From: a virus
UHGV virus genome: UHGV-1366123
Reading direction: 5' to 3' (one strand)
DNA: 64,000 nucleotides
Numbering within the stretch: the stretch's first letter is position 1; every line of letters begins with the position of its first letter. A program made the position numbers and the translations under genes. This document shows, piece by piece, positions 47,560-57,927 of the stretch. A model generated the notes under the pieces. It was not told where the DNA came from, made no database searches, and saw nothing but the letters and a program-made list of their open reading frames with translations.

Positions 47560-47960
47560 GAAAGAGAATATCAGTTTAAAGGTGTTAAAAGGTGTTAATC
47601 TGTTCGGGGATTTAGTGAAGGTCTTTTTTAAAGTTTTACGCATGCGTTTTTTAAAGTTTTACGTGCGTGCGCTTTTTTTTGGAGTTTCACGCATGCGTTT
47701 TTTAAAGTTTCGCAACACGCACCTGGTACTTTTGGTTTAAACTGGAGATTTAAAAACATGCGCACGACATGTTTCTGCGCTCAATGTATGGTTTGGGGCA
47801 GCCTGGCTTGGCACTATCGTGCCAAGGCTGACCCCAAACCAGTTGTAAATACTTTGTATTTACGATAAAACTGGAAAAAAATAACGCATGCGTATACGGG
47901 TATACACGGGAATTCGCGCGTTTTTTCAAAGTTTCGTGTATACGCACGGTTTGTCGGCAA
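47560..47960. repeat. GC-rich island with a triplicated ACGCATGCGTTTTTTAAAGTTTT motif and multiple palindromes
   Basis: Three copies of (c)acgcatgcgttttttaaagttt; long hairpin ggtttggggcagcctggcttggcac-tatc-gtgccaaggctgaccccaaacc; gtatacgggtatacacg / cgtgtatacgcacg. Confidence 0.55.
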
Positions 47961-48229
47961 ATTCCGAGATTAGTCTGATTATCTTTCAATTTCAGTCTTT
48001 CAATTTTCAACTTTCCATTCAAAATCAGTTAACAATTCTTAACAATTCTCTGTTCTTGGAATGATTATCTTTCAATTTCAATCTTTCAATCTCTCTTTGA
48101 ATAATCATCCATTGTCTTTCCAAGAATCATAGTCTTTCCAAGAATCATAAATATCTCGGGAATCATCAATGGTCTCTTTCAATTGTTCTGGTCTGTTCTG
48201 GGATTAAAAAGACTAATTTTGATTTTCAA

Positions 48230-49340
48230 CTTTCCCTTTCCACAATAAAACCATTTAGTGATTGTCTTTTGTCTTCAAAACGATTATCATTAAAGGGGCG
48301 GAAATCTATGATTCAGACAAAAGTCATCTTCTATTAACAAATCTTTAGAGAATTCTTTCAATCTTTAGAGAAATTTTTCAAAGAGACTATGACTTTTTCT
48401 ATTGTCTTTGATAATCTTTTCACGATCCTCTATTGTCTTGGTGATTCTTTGATGATCAGTCATTGTCTTTGATTATGGTTGATTGTCTTCCATAGTCTTC
48501 TGATAATCACTGACAATAGTCATTGTCTTCCGACAATCATACCACCATTCAACAGAATACCTCTTCTGATTACAGGAAGGTACTTTCCTTGCGCTCTGAT
48601 CCATTTTCCGCTATTTCTATCCCACCGAATGTCTTCGAGGACAAGGAAAGTACCTTCCTTTAATTCAACCATTCTCAACCATTTTCTGGTAGATCATCTT
48701 CATAATCATTCAAAGAACCAGTTGTGAAGACGGTCATCATTGTCTTTCCATAATCCTTTGATGGTCAGTCATTGTCTTTGATTGTTTTCCATAGTCAGTC
48801 ATTGTCTTTGATTATGGTCGATTGTCTTTCCATAGTCTTCTCATAATCCTTCGAAATAGTCATTGTCTCCCGACAGAAACCCATAATCCTCGAGAATATG
48901 TCTCCTGATTACAGGAAGGTACTTTCCTTGAACTCGAGTATGGTCTCCGCTATTTTCATATTCTTGAATATCTCAGAGCGCAAGGAAAGTACCTCGTCTT
49001 AATTAATGAATCAGAACTATTGTCTCTTCATAGTCTTCTGATAATACTTCAATAATCGTCCATTGTCTTTCAATAATCAGCCATTGTCTTCCGATTATGG
49101 TCGATTGTCTTTGATGATTGTTGATTGTCTTTGATGATTGTTGATTGTCTTCCATAATCAGTCATTATCTTGGATAGTCTTCCATAATCCTTCGAAATGG
49201 TCTATTGTCTTCGGATGATGACCCATAGTCCCCGAGAATACCTCTCCTTGGCTCTCCTTGGTACTTTCCTTGCATTCTGATACACTTTCCGCTATTTTCA
49301 TATTCTCGGGCTATTTCGAGGACAAGGAAAGTACCTCTCT
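48230..49340. repeat. three tandem ~340-bp direct repeats rich in CATTGTCTT(T/C) sub-repeats; each ends in a palindromic element copy (C 48573-48660, D 48912-48996, E 49251-49338)
   Basis: Repeated gtcattgtctttgattatggtcgattgtctt(c/t)ccata(g/a)tc... blocks; each terminates with (c)ctcttctgattacaggaaggtactttccttg...caaggaaagtacct...ttaatt. Confidence 0.55.
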
Positions 49341-49479
49341 TTAATTCACAACTCTGTGACCATTTCTCCAGCCAATTTTCTGATTATTGCTGGAAGGTCA
49401 ATGTTTGGATACAGATGTGGGGAGAAGAAATCAAACTTCTCCCCACATTCTTCTTTTTGATTTGTAGGTTTCTTTTCTT

Positions 49480-51285
49480 TTAGTGAATGGTTCTTCTTTT
49501 AAGGAAACTTTCGTTGATTTCTCTGAAAAGTGATCTTGATTTCTTGTCCAAGTTCAATGGATCACGACAATCGTCGATTATGAAGAACTTCGAAGGTGTC
49601 TTCACAAGGGATTTCGACATGATGTAAGAATGATAAGTTTCATCAACTTCGTGATTTGCGACACGGATCTGTCGAATTGCGTATTTCCCAGTGATAAGTG
49701 AAACCTGTCCATCAATCTCCAAAACAGATGATCTTTCTCTATAAAGAAGTTTCATGACCTTCTCCAATGGTTCTGTATGATTAAGCAAACTCTTGAGAAT
49801 TGTTGAATCGTTATCATTTACAGAGTAAACGTTGAACCTCATGAATCCGTGCTCATTGTTGATCCCTACGACAACACAATAGAACTTTCTCTTCTCAAGA
49901 TCAACGTTCAAAGAGAATGAATATTCACCACTGACGACTATGTTCTTTGTCGATATAGAAATTGAGAATGGTTTCCCATCAACTTCGATCACCTTCGAAA
50001 GACTCTCGTCGAGAAGTTCTATCCAGAACATGAATGACAATCCCTGCTTTGAGGAAACTCTCTGTTGATACTTGATAGCTGTTTCTCCAGTTTTCCCTAC
50101 TGACATGTCGTAGATGAACTTCCCAAGTGAATTTCCATTGTTATCATAGTCACATCTTTCAGATTTTACAAGACTTGGATCGAACTCTGAGTGCAAGAGA
50201 TCATCGATACCTACGTTGTCCAGATTTTGTTTCGTGTTCTGTATGTCTTCCATTTCGTCCAGCTGTTCATCTGAATAGTCGTCGATTTTCACGTTTTCTT
50301 TTAAAAACTGGAGATCATCGTCTCTTTTGTCGACATTCGTCATGTCCTCATACTTCTTGATTGTACAGACATAGAAGCTTCCATGTTCACCTATCCCATG
50401 ATTCAGATAAACGTCTTGGATCATGTACATTCTGTTAATCTCTGAGAAGTAAAGGTAGTCCATTCTTCTTGGTTCTTCTCGGACACCAAACACTTCTTCG
50501 AAATAGGTCTTCTCAAAGTAAACTTCCAGTTTTTCAAACTCGATCCCCCATTGTGAAAATTCGTGCCGAGGTTCTGGGATCTGGTTGTCTTTCAAGACAA
50601 CTTTGAGAATCTTCATCGCCACAACATTGTGCAACGAATATTCTCTTAAGAATTCATCTTTGGACTTCAAATCTGGATTTGTGTGCCAATACTTAACACT
50701 CACCGCTGAATGTTGCTGGATGTAATAGTTCATGTCGATCTCCAGCTTCTGAAGACCTATCGACATTCGAGCATAATCTTGAAGAGAATCCACACCAGAC
50801 AGCAGGAACGATTCTCCTTGATCTATAAAAGTCGTCTGTGGAGATTTGTACTTAATAAGTGGCTTCTCGATCTCTATTTTTGATCCTAAGAAGTTCTCCA
50901 CGAGGACATATCTGACTTTGATGTATTTTCCGTGGATTCCAACAAGAGAATCTCTGTTATACGCTTTCCACGTATCCCAATTTTTCCCATCGGAAGATGT
51001 TGTATAATCTCGAAGAAGCAAGGAAGATGAGTTTTCACCTTCCACTTTCTCCATGACATATTCGATCTCTCTTGCGGATTTCTCTATATCGAATATAGCA
51101 ACAGAACCTACGGTCTCCAGTTTTTTCATACTTTTTAAAGAAACGTTTTGTTGTTTATCTTCTATAAGACGTTGCAGATGGTGCATAAAGCCGAAAGATT
51201 TACAATAAACAACGATTAGGTAAAAATGAAGATTCTCATAATTGGTGACGTTCACGAAAGCGACTTCTGGATAGACCACGTTCAA
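49480..51285 (-). CDS. hypothetical large protein; the true start is probably internal (Met at 51186 or 51129)
   Basis: 601-aa minus-strand ORF whose first 60 nt overlap the convergent-start + strand gene at 51226; internal Mets MHHLQ and MKKLETV. Confidence 0.4.
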   Translation of the reverse strand: MNVVYPEVAFVNVTNYENLHFYLIVVYCKSFGFMHHLQRLIEDKQQNVSLKSMKKLETVGSVAIFDIEKSAREIEYVMEKVEGENSSSLLLRDYTTSSDGKNWDTWKAYNRDSLVGIHGKYIKVRYVLVENFLGSKIEIEKPLIKYKSPQTTFIDQGESFLLSGVDSLQDYARMSIGLQKLEIDMNYYIQQHSAVSVKYWHTNPDLKSKDEFLREYSLHNVVAMKILKVVLKDNQIPEPRHEFSQWGIEFEKLEVYFEKTYFEEVFGVREEPRRMDYLYFSEINRMYMIQDVYLNHGIGEHGSFYVCTIKKYEDMTNVDKRDDDLQFLKENVKIDDYSDEQLDEMEDIQNTKQNLDNVGIDDLLHSEFDPSLVKSERCDYDNNGNSLGKFIYDMSVGKTGETAIKYQQRVSSKQGLSFMFWIELLDESLSKVIEVDGKPFSISISTKNIVVSGEYSFSLNVDLEKRKFYCVVVGINNEHGFMRFNVYSVNDNDSTILKSLLNHTEPLEKVMKLLYRERSSVLEIDGQVSLITGKYAIRQIRVANHEVDETYHSYIMSKSLVKTPSKFFIIDDCRDPLNLDKKSRSLFREINESFLKRRTIH

Positions 51286-51951
51286 AAAAACAAAGATCGT
51301 GTCGAGAAGATCGTTTTCATGGGGGACTATTTCGATTCATTCAAGAAAGTCTCTGCGCAGGTGGCTTTCGAGAACTTTAAGAAGATCCTCGCTCTTCGTC
51401 AGACTTTAGGAGAAGAGAAGGTCATCCTCCTTATTGGCAACCACGACTTCCATTATACAAAGTTCTGTATGGGAAGATATAGCGGATTTTCAACCACGAC
51501 TTTTGTCCTTGTAGGGAGCTTCCTTGATGAACTGGTTGATAATGGAACTTTGGTTCTCTCCTATGAATCTGGCGGTTATCTTTTCTCTCATGCTGGGGTC
51601 TCCGAGACTTGGTTTAAGGAGATGACTGGTGAAGATTCAAGTGTCGAAGATATCAACCCATTGTTCAAGCAATCTCCAAGAATCGTCGAATTCCGAAATG
51701 ATGAACGAACCACGTCGCAATATGGCGACAACGAGCATCAGTCTCCGATTTGGATTCGACCAAATGCTCTCTCAGAGAATCCTTACGGAGATTATCATCA
51801 AATAGTTGGTCATACTGCTTTCGATTTCTCGAATATCGATTCTAATCGTGTGACTATGGACAATGGTAAGAACCTCTATTTCACAGATTCTAATCAACAC
51901 GAAGCATTCATCTTGGATACCGAGACTGGAGAGTGTGAAATCCTAAGATAA
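51226..51951 (+). CDS. calcineurin-like metallophosphoesterase
   Basis: ILIIGDVHE, VFMGDYFD, LLIGNHDF motifs. Confidence 0.6.
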   Translation: MKILIIGDVHESDFWIDHVQKNKDRVEKIVFMGDYFDSFKKVSAQVAFENFKKILALRQTLGEEKVILLIGNHDFHYTKFCMGRYSGFSTTTFVLVGSFLDELVDNGTLVLSYESGGYLFSHAGVSETWFKEMTGEDSSVEDINPLFKQSPRIVEFRNDERTTSQYGDNEHQSPIWIRPNALSENPYGDYHQIVGHTAFDFSNIDSNRVTMDNGKNLYFTDSNQHEAFILDTETGECEILR

Positions 51952-51969
51952 AACAATAATCCGAACACA

Positions 51970-52013
51970 GATTGGGCGTAACAACTTTCTATTTTTGTTG
52001 TTACGCCCAATCT
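51970..52013. terminator. bidirectional terminator hairpin between convergent genes
   Basis: agattgggcgtaacaac ... gttgttacgcccaatct, then ttatttttaa. Confidence 0.5.
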
Positions 52014-52019
52014 TTATTT

Positions 52020-52616
52020 TTAATCGATAAACTCGTAATTGTCGGGATTGTTCACAATGTAGCAACCTACATCAATGTAGTAAAACTCACCACCACTTTT
52101 TATAACGTTTGATTCTCGAACGTCATCTATTAAGTAATAACCATCAAAGTAGATGTTTCGAGAATAACCAGTTTCTTTGTTTTTACATGGTCTAAAACCT
52201 CTCTTGCGAAGATCTCTTCTTATTTCTTCTTCTGTAGCATCAACACCTTCGATGAACTTCTGAGTGGTCATAAAGTAACTGCTGTCGTTCTCGATTATGC
52301 AGAAAGCTATCGGTGTTATCTTACTCTCGGGGAAAACTTTGTTATAAGTTTTAAGAGATCTGCACCAGAAATCAGCGTTTACTTCATAGTCGCAAGATAC
52401 ACCAAGAAGTCTTGTGGATGTGCTTTTGACAACCTTGTCTCCGTCGATATGCTTCCAAACGAAACTTTCACCACCTGTGTTTAATGGTTGCATAATGTCA
52501 CCATCAATCACCGAAGCGAGTATTTCGTCATAGATATCAACATCATAGCCACAATCAATAACCCTTGTGAAATCTGATCTCCAACTTTCAAAGATTGGTT
52601 TTATTAGGCGGTTCAT
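52020..52616 (-). CDS. hypothetical protein with a faint protein-kinase-like catalytic-loop pattern
   Basis: YYLIDDVRESNVIKSGGEFYYIDVG (HxD..N / DFG-like spacing); weak. Confidence 0.3.
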   Translation of the reverse strand: MNRLIKPIFESWRSDFTRVIDCGYDVDIYDEILASVIDGDIMQPLNTGGESFVWKHIDGDKVVKSTSTRLLGVSCDYEVNADFWCRSLKTYNKVFPESKITPIAFCIIENDSSYFMTTQKFIEGVDATEEEIRRDLRKRGFRPCKNKETGYSRNIYFDGYYLIDDVRESNVIKSGGEFYYIDVGCYIVNNPDNYEFID

Positions 52617-52718
52617 GATGATTTTTCCGTTTCTTTATGTAAAATAAAGAAACGTTTCCGTCGGGCAAATATACCACCTTAAATAAGCAAAATATCTAAA
52701 AGAAAGACGAATTAAAAT

Positions 52719-53303
52719 ATGAGTAACAATACAAGAGATTATCACTTCTCCAAGAGTAGAGTGAATAATTCGCTGGATGAACCATTGTTCCTTACGAAGT
52801 TCTCTGCCAACATCATACTTCCAGACATCCTCAAAGAAAAGTACGGTACTGCAGAACTTCTCCATGAACAGATGCTGAAAATTGGTGGTCTTGATCTCGA
52901 TAAGGTACCAGGTACTGTCACACAGAAGTTCCGCTATAACGATAGATCGTTCATTGGTACTATTCTTGATACTAAGGTCGAACTATCGTTTGACTTTGAA
53001 GTAAACGTCGATTCAGAAACGAACGTTCCTTATCCTTACAACCTCCTGCAGGATTGGCTTCGTCTATGCTATGACCCTAACACTGGCTTCCAATCTCTCA
53101 AGAAAGACTATGCAGGGAAATGTACGATAGATGTCACTGACAAGATCGGCAGACTTATCAGACACGTCGACGTTGGTATCATGTTCCCAAAGTCAAATCT
53201 ACCTGCATGGGAACTGAACAACACACAGGAAGCGATCTATAAGATCACTGGTTTTAAGTTCCAGTGTGAAAATGTGAAGTCATACAGAGCAGAAGACATC
53301 TAA
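52719..53303 (+). CDS. hypothetical protein
   Basis: 194-aa ORF. Confidence 0.35.
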   Translation: MSNNTRDYHFSKSRVNNSLDEPLFLTKFSANIILPDILKEKYGTAELLHEQMLKIGGLDLDKVPGTVTQKFRYNDRSFIGTILDTKVELSFDFEVNVDSETNVPYPYNLLQDWLRLCYDPNTGFQSLKKDYAGKCTIDVTDKIGRLIRHVDVGIMFPKSNLPAWELNNTQEAIYKITGFKFQCENVKSYRAEDI

Positions 53304-53327
53304 AAACGTCTCAGATTTCATAATTAC

Positions 53328-53384
53328 CATTTATCAGATTGGGCTGTCGGGGAGAAATCTCGACAGCCCAATCTGTATAAGAAC
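53328..53384 (+). terminator. terminator hairpin plus CTGTATAAGAAC motif
   Basis: gattgggctgtcgg...ccgacagcccaatc. Confidence 0.45.
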
Positions 53385-53406
53385 AAAAAACCAATCACTC
53401 TTAACA

Positions 53407-53757
53407 ATGAAAGTCTTAGAATTAGTACAGAATCTGAATCACGAGGTCATAACACTCTTTCACGATTCTATAAGCTCATCACTGATATCCAACAACTTCC
53501 CTTTTGATGCTTTGAAGGTGTCAGTGTCCTTGCATGAAGGTAAGTCCACTCATGTCGATTGCGAAATATCTCAAGAAAACATGGAGAAGACGTACACGAT
53601 CTGTGTCGTAGAAGATGGTGTTCTCTATGCTCTGTGTGACACATCGATCTATGGGAAATACCACGATGAAAATCAGAGTGTCATGGAAATCGTGGATGAA
53701 TCTACAACTGTAGATGATGTAGTTGAGAGATTTTTACGGTACATCACTCACAGATAG
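53407..53757 (+). CDS. hypothetical protein
   Basis: 116-aa ORF. Confidence 0.3.
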   Translation: MKVLELVQNLNHEVITLFHDSISSSLISNNFPFDALKVSVSLHEGKSTHVDCEISQENMEKTYTICVVEDGVLYALCDTSIYGKYHDENQSVMEIVDESTTVDDVVERFLRYITHR

Positions 53758-53842
53758 CTTATAGGTTGTTTTCTGATAAGTTTTAACGTGTCGTGTTGAT
53801 GGGTTTCCGTGCCACATCAACACGACACGATTTATAAGAAAG

Positions 53843-55069
53843 ATGGAAAATCAAAAAGTGATGGAAAATATAACAACAAATCTGACAACAATAGACGACA
53901 ACAGATTAAAAAGGTATCTTCTACTGATTGGTGACTTACACTTTGGTCGTGCTTCTAATGATCAGTCCGAACTCGATGAAAGTGTGAGATATTTTCATGA
54001 GTTTTTGTTCCCACTTCTCGAGAGAATGAATGAGAAATGCGGAGGGAACATGTCGATCATTCAGATGGGTGATGTCTTTGATAATAAGTCATCTGTTGGA
54101 ACACTGACTGGTAACAACGTCATCGATATCTTCCTAAGACTTGCGTCAAAGAACGACGTTTATGTTCTTGTTGGAAACCACGACACTGTTTATAAGGACA
54201 TCCGTCATATCAACAACAACAAATCGATCTCCTTGATCCCAAGAGTGAATGTCATCCCGAACATCACAAAGATCCTCACAGAATCTGGGACACCTGCTTT
54301 CCTCTTACCTAACTATGGGAACAAGGAACTGTTCAAGAAGGCAGTTGATCTTTGTGAAGATTCTTCTTACATCTTTGGTCATGACGAGATCTCTGGCTTC
54401 CATTATGAAGGTAAGGAAGTTTCTGAGATTCACTCTTTACCAATGTCTGAGTTTGAAAGGTTCAAGCATGTCTTCATGGGTCATATTCACAAGCCACAAG
54501 ACAGTGCAAATATCACCTACGTTGGAAGTGCTTATCACACAAGAGTCAACGAATGGAGAAATGTCCCACAGATCGTGATTCTTGACACAGAAACTGGGAA
54601 GATTCAGAAGATCGAGAACAAGGTATCTTCGAGATACGTGAAAATAGACCTCTTCAAGTTCCTCGACATGAGGAGATCAGAAGCCTTGGAATTCGTCAAA
54701 GGAAACAAGGTCGTTATCCAATGCCCTAACGACACCATTATGCGATTCCAGACACCAAAGATCACCCAGTCCGTTGAAGGTTATAAGAAGATCGACTACA
54801 AACAGGTGTTCGATAAAAATCAAAGGATTGGTGATGGTGGTGAAAGTGTTGACTTGGATGAAGACGAAGATCTTCAAGATATCTCTGGTGTGGAACTATC
54901 TTCTGACATTTTTAGCTACATCAATGACTACATTGAAAGCATCGATTCAGTTGTTATCCAAGGCACGCTGATCCCCTTGTCTGAAAAATCGAAGTTGAAG
55001 ATTTCGGAATCACTCAAAAAGGTCTACGATTCAGTCTCCGAAAAGTCAAAGCCCGAAGATCAAGAATAA
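53843..55069 (+). CDS. Mre11/SbcD-like nuclease (gp47-like)
   Basis: LLIGDLHFGRA, MGDVFDN, VGNHD, MGHIHKP phosphoesterase motifs. Confidence 0.7.
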   Translation: MENQKVMENITTNLTTIDDNRLKRYLLLIGDLHFGRASNDQSELDESVRYFHEFLFPLLERMNEKCGGNMSIIQMGDVFDNKSSVGTLTGNNVIDIFLRLASKNDVYVLVGNHDTVYKDIRHINNNKSISLIPRVNVIPNITKILTESGTPAFLLPNYGNKELFKKAVDLCEDSSYIFGHDEISGFHYEGKEVSEIHSLPMSEFERFKHVFMGHIHKPQDSANITYVGSAYHTRVNEWRNVPQIVILDTETGKIQKIENKVSSRYVKIDLFKFLDMRRSEALEFVKGNKVVIQCPNDTIMRFQTPKITQSVEGYKKIDYKQVFDKNQRIGDGGESVDLDEDEDLQDISGVELSSDIFSYINDYIESIDSVVIQGTLIPLSEKSKLKISESLKKVYDSVSEKSKPEDQE

Positions 55070-55072
55070 GCA

Positions 55073-57697
55073 ATGAAAATTAAAAAGATAGAGTTTCAGA
55101 ACATCTTCTCGTTTGGTAATAAGAAGATGGTCGTCGATTATGACAATCTTGGTGATGGTTCTCTCAACATGATCCTTGGGAAGAATGGTTGTGGGAAGTC
55201 ATCTTTTATCAAGCTCCATAAGTTAGCTCTTTATTTCGATGCCGATGGTGTCACAATGGACAGTATCGCAAACGACATAAACGGCAACGGATTCCTCTCG
55301 ATCGATATCGAATCGAGAGGAAACGACTGGAGGATCGAATCGGAATACACTCGTACAAAGCTGTCCACGATCCGTGTTTACAAGAACGGAATAGAGCAAG
55401 ACTGGGGGAAGATTCCAGATACAAAGAAGATGATAAAGTCGGAGGTTGTTGACATTCCTTATCACATCTTCTCCAACATCCTCAGTCTCTCGGTCAATGA
55501 CTTCAAATCATTCCTGTCAATGTCTCCAAAGGACACGAGAAACATTCGTGACAGAATCTTCGGCTTCTATGTCTTGAATGACATGATGGAAAGTTTGAAA
55601 CTTTCTCTGAAGTCTCAATCGGAAATCCACAAGACCAATCTTCTCTCGCTTCAATCTCTTGAAGAAACTCGTGATGATCTACGTGCAGAGATTGAAGAGA
55701 TTGAAGCAAATAGCGATTCTCGAGAGAAGATCGATGAACTTGAAGGAAAGATCGAAGAGAAGAAAGAGGAAATCAAGGAAACCGACGAGACTATTTCTGA
55801 CCTCGAGAACAAGCGTCATCGTCATCTCTCGTATGAGAATAAGAGGAAGAACGAGAAGCTCAAGGAAGATATACAAAGATTATCGGAAGAGATATTGAAG
55901 ATGAACGAAGATAAAGATTCGCTCGAATCCGAATCTGAAGAATCAAAGAAGAAACTTTCGGAGGTATCTTCAAAGATCGCTTTACATTCTAAGCATAGAG
56001 AATATGCAAGGAAAGTGAAAGCAATGGAGGAAGCAGAAAAGTTGCAGGGAGAAATCGACACTTTGAAGTCGGAGATTTCCGAACATGAGGAGAGACTTTC
56101 CGAACTGATCTCCGAGAGATCTGTCTATCACGTAAAGCAAGACATCCGATCAAAGATTAATGAATCCGATCATCTTCGTGAAACGATCGATTCCCTTGTA
56201 AAGGAAAAGGAAGATCTTGAGAAAGATAAAGATGATGCTGTGCAGAAGCGTGATGACGCTCAAAAGACCGTCGACGATCTTTCTACGAAAATTGCAGATC
56301 TTCACGTTTCATACAAATCTATAAAGAGAAAGAAGGAGACTTATGAATCTGGCCATTGTGATCAATGTGGATCAGAATTCAAAGATCCTCAGTCTCTGTC
56401 GAAGATCAGTGAATTCGAGGATGAACTTGAGAATATCGAATCTCACATCTCAGAACTTGAAGAGAGCAAGAAAGAATACAGATCGATTGTTTCTGAGTAT
56501 AACGAGAAGATCACGAACCTGACATCGAGAATAAGAAACACCGACACAGACATCGAAGATTCGAAGATTGGTGTTGAAGACATTGATAAGGAAATCTCCA
56601 CACTTCTTCTTCAGAACGACCTTTCTCAAGAGGATATTCTCGGATCTTCGGAAAATGTCGACTATGACACACCGATCGATGAGTTGAAGTCGAAGATCTC
56701 TGAAAAGAAGTCTTTAAGAGATTCACAGATTTCTAAGATGAACTACATCATTGATCAAGTCTCCGACGTTGAAGATTCTGATGTGGAAATCCCCGAAGAA
56801 TCTGAAGAAGAACTCATAGGCGAGAAGTCCTATCTTGAATCTATGAGAGAGAAGTACAACGAGGACATCCGTCAGAAGATCGAGGACATCTCTCATAAAA
56901 ACCTCGCAATGGAGAATGCGAAGATGAGACTGATCGATGGAGACTTCGAAGATTTCACAGAATCTGACCTTCTCCCAGATTCCGAGTTCTCTGCAATTGA
57001 TCAGACAATCCGTGATTTTTCCAAGAAGATCAACACTTTGAAGTCAGAGATTTCGGAGATCAAGATCGAGATCTCCAAGATCAATGTTGCAGAAGAATCT
57101 CAGATCGAAGCGAAGAAGTCTGTGATAAAGAAGTATGATGACAAACTTGAGGAAACTCGAGAGAATATCAAGCGTTGCTACAAGTCTATCAGATTTTACA
57201 ACGTCATGGAGAACATCATCTCCGACGATGGTGTGAAGTCTTACATTATCCGCAACGTAGTCCCTTACATCAACAAATCAGTCAACGACATCCTCTCCAA
57301 TCTTGAGATACCTCTCGTTGTCAGATTCGATGACAACTTCAAGCCTTCGATTTACAGATTTGGGAAGCAGGTTTCAACATCATCAATCTCCACTGGACAG
57401 ACAAAGATGATCGATTCTGCCATTATCTTCACTATCACGAAGTTCTTGATTTCGAAGTGTGGTGGTATTAACATCGTGTTCTATGATGAGATCTTCTCGT
57501 CGCTCCACACATCTGCCGTTTCTCAGATGATGGAAATCATTCACCGTGAACTCAAGGCGGAGATGAAACTGCACGTGTTCCTTGTCAACCACTCTTTTAT
57601 CTCATCCTCGTTCTTCGATAACATCTTTGAACTTGAGATGGTTGACCACTTCTCACGTCTTCAGATTCGATCAATTGATGAGTACAACCAGAAGTAG
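55073..57697 (+). CDS. Rad50/SbcC-like ATPase (gp46-like) with zinc hook
   Basis: Walker A GKNGCGKSSF; long coiled coil; CDQCG zinc-hook CxxC; Walker B IVFYDEIFSSL. Confidence 0.75.
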   Translation: MKIKKIEFQNIFSFGNKKMVVDYDNLGDGSLNMILGKNGCGKSSFIKLHKLALYFDADGVTMDSIANDINGNGFLSIDIESRGNDWRIESEYTRTKLSTIRVYKNGIEQDWGKIPDTKKMIKSEVVDIPYHIFSNILSLSVNDFKSFLSMSPKDTRNIRDRIFGFYVLNDMMESLKLSLKSQSEIHKTNLLSLQSLEETRDDLRAEIEEIEANSDSREKIDELEGKIEEKKEEIKETDETISDLENKRHRHLSYENKRKNEKLKEDIQRLSEEILKMNEDKDSLESESEESKKKLSEVSSKIALHSKHREYARKVKAMEEAEKLQGEIDTLKSEISEHEERLSELISERSVYHVKQDIRSKINESDHLRETIDSLVKEKEDLEKDKDDAVQKRDDAQKTVDDLSTKIADLHVSYKSIKRKKETYESGHCDQCGSEFKDPQSLSKISEFEDELENIESHISELEESKKEYRSIVSEYNEKITNLTSRIRNTDTDIEDSKIGVEDIDKEISTLLLQNDLSQEDILGSSENVDYDTPIDELKSKISEKKSLRDSQISKMNYIIDQVSDVEDSDVEIPEESEEELIGEKSYLESMREKYNEDIRQKIEDISHKNLAMENAKMRLIDGDFEDFTESDLLPDSEFSAIDQTIRDFSKKINTLKSEISEIKIEISKINVAEESQIEAKKSVIKKYDDKLEETRENIKRCYKSIRFYNVMENIISDDGVKSYIIRNVVPYINKSVNDILSNLEIPLVVRFDDNFKPSIYRFGKQVSTSSISTGQTKMIDSAIIFTITKFLISKCGGINIVFYDEIFSSLHTSAVSQMMEIIHRELKAEMKLHVFLVNHSFISSSFFDNIFELEMVDHFSRLQIRSIDEYNQK

Positions 57698-57927
57698 AAG
57701 CTTTATTGTCCCAGATTCCTTTGATGACCTCGAGGATGAATCTGGGACAATAAAACTCAAAGTCGGCTTTGATCTGTCAACGGATGTTATAGAATCGAAG
57801 TCAATCGACAAAGAAATGGACATCGACTTCGAGAAAAGTGTAAAACAAGAAGATGCTACTGAAAGTGTTATAAGAATAATAGAAACAAAGAAGAAGAATA
57901 GCAATCCACTTTGGTGAAGATCTATCA

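Noticed and set aside
48230-49340. Possible CRISPR array in the repeat-rich region
   Set aside because: The repeats are ~340-bp units with degenerate internal sub-repeats, not 25-40-bp identical repeats separated by unique spacers of uniform length. No cas genes are nearby
57582-57917. 111-aa ORF overlapping the end of the Rad50-like gene
   Set aside because: It overlaps the rad50 3' end in another frame and a hairpin at 57700-57760. No independent support
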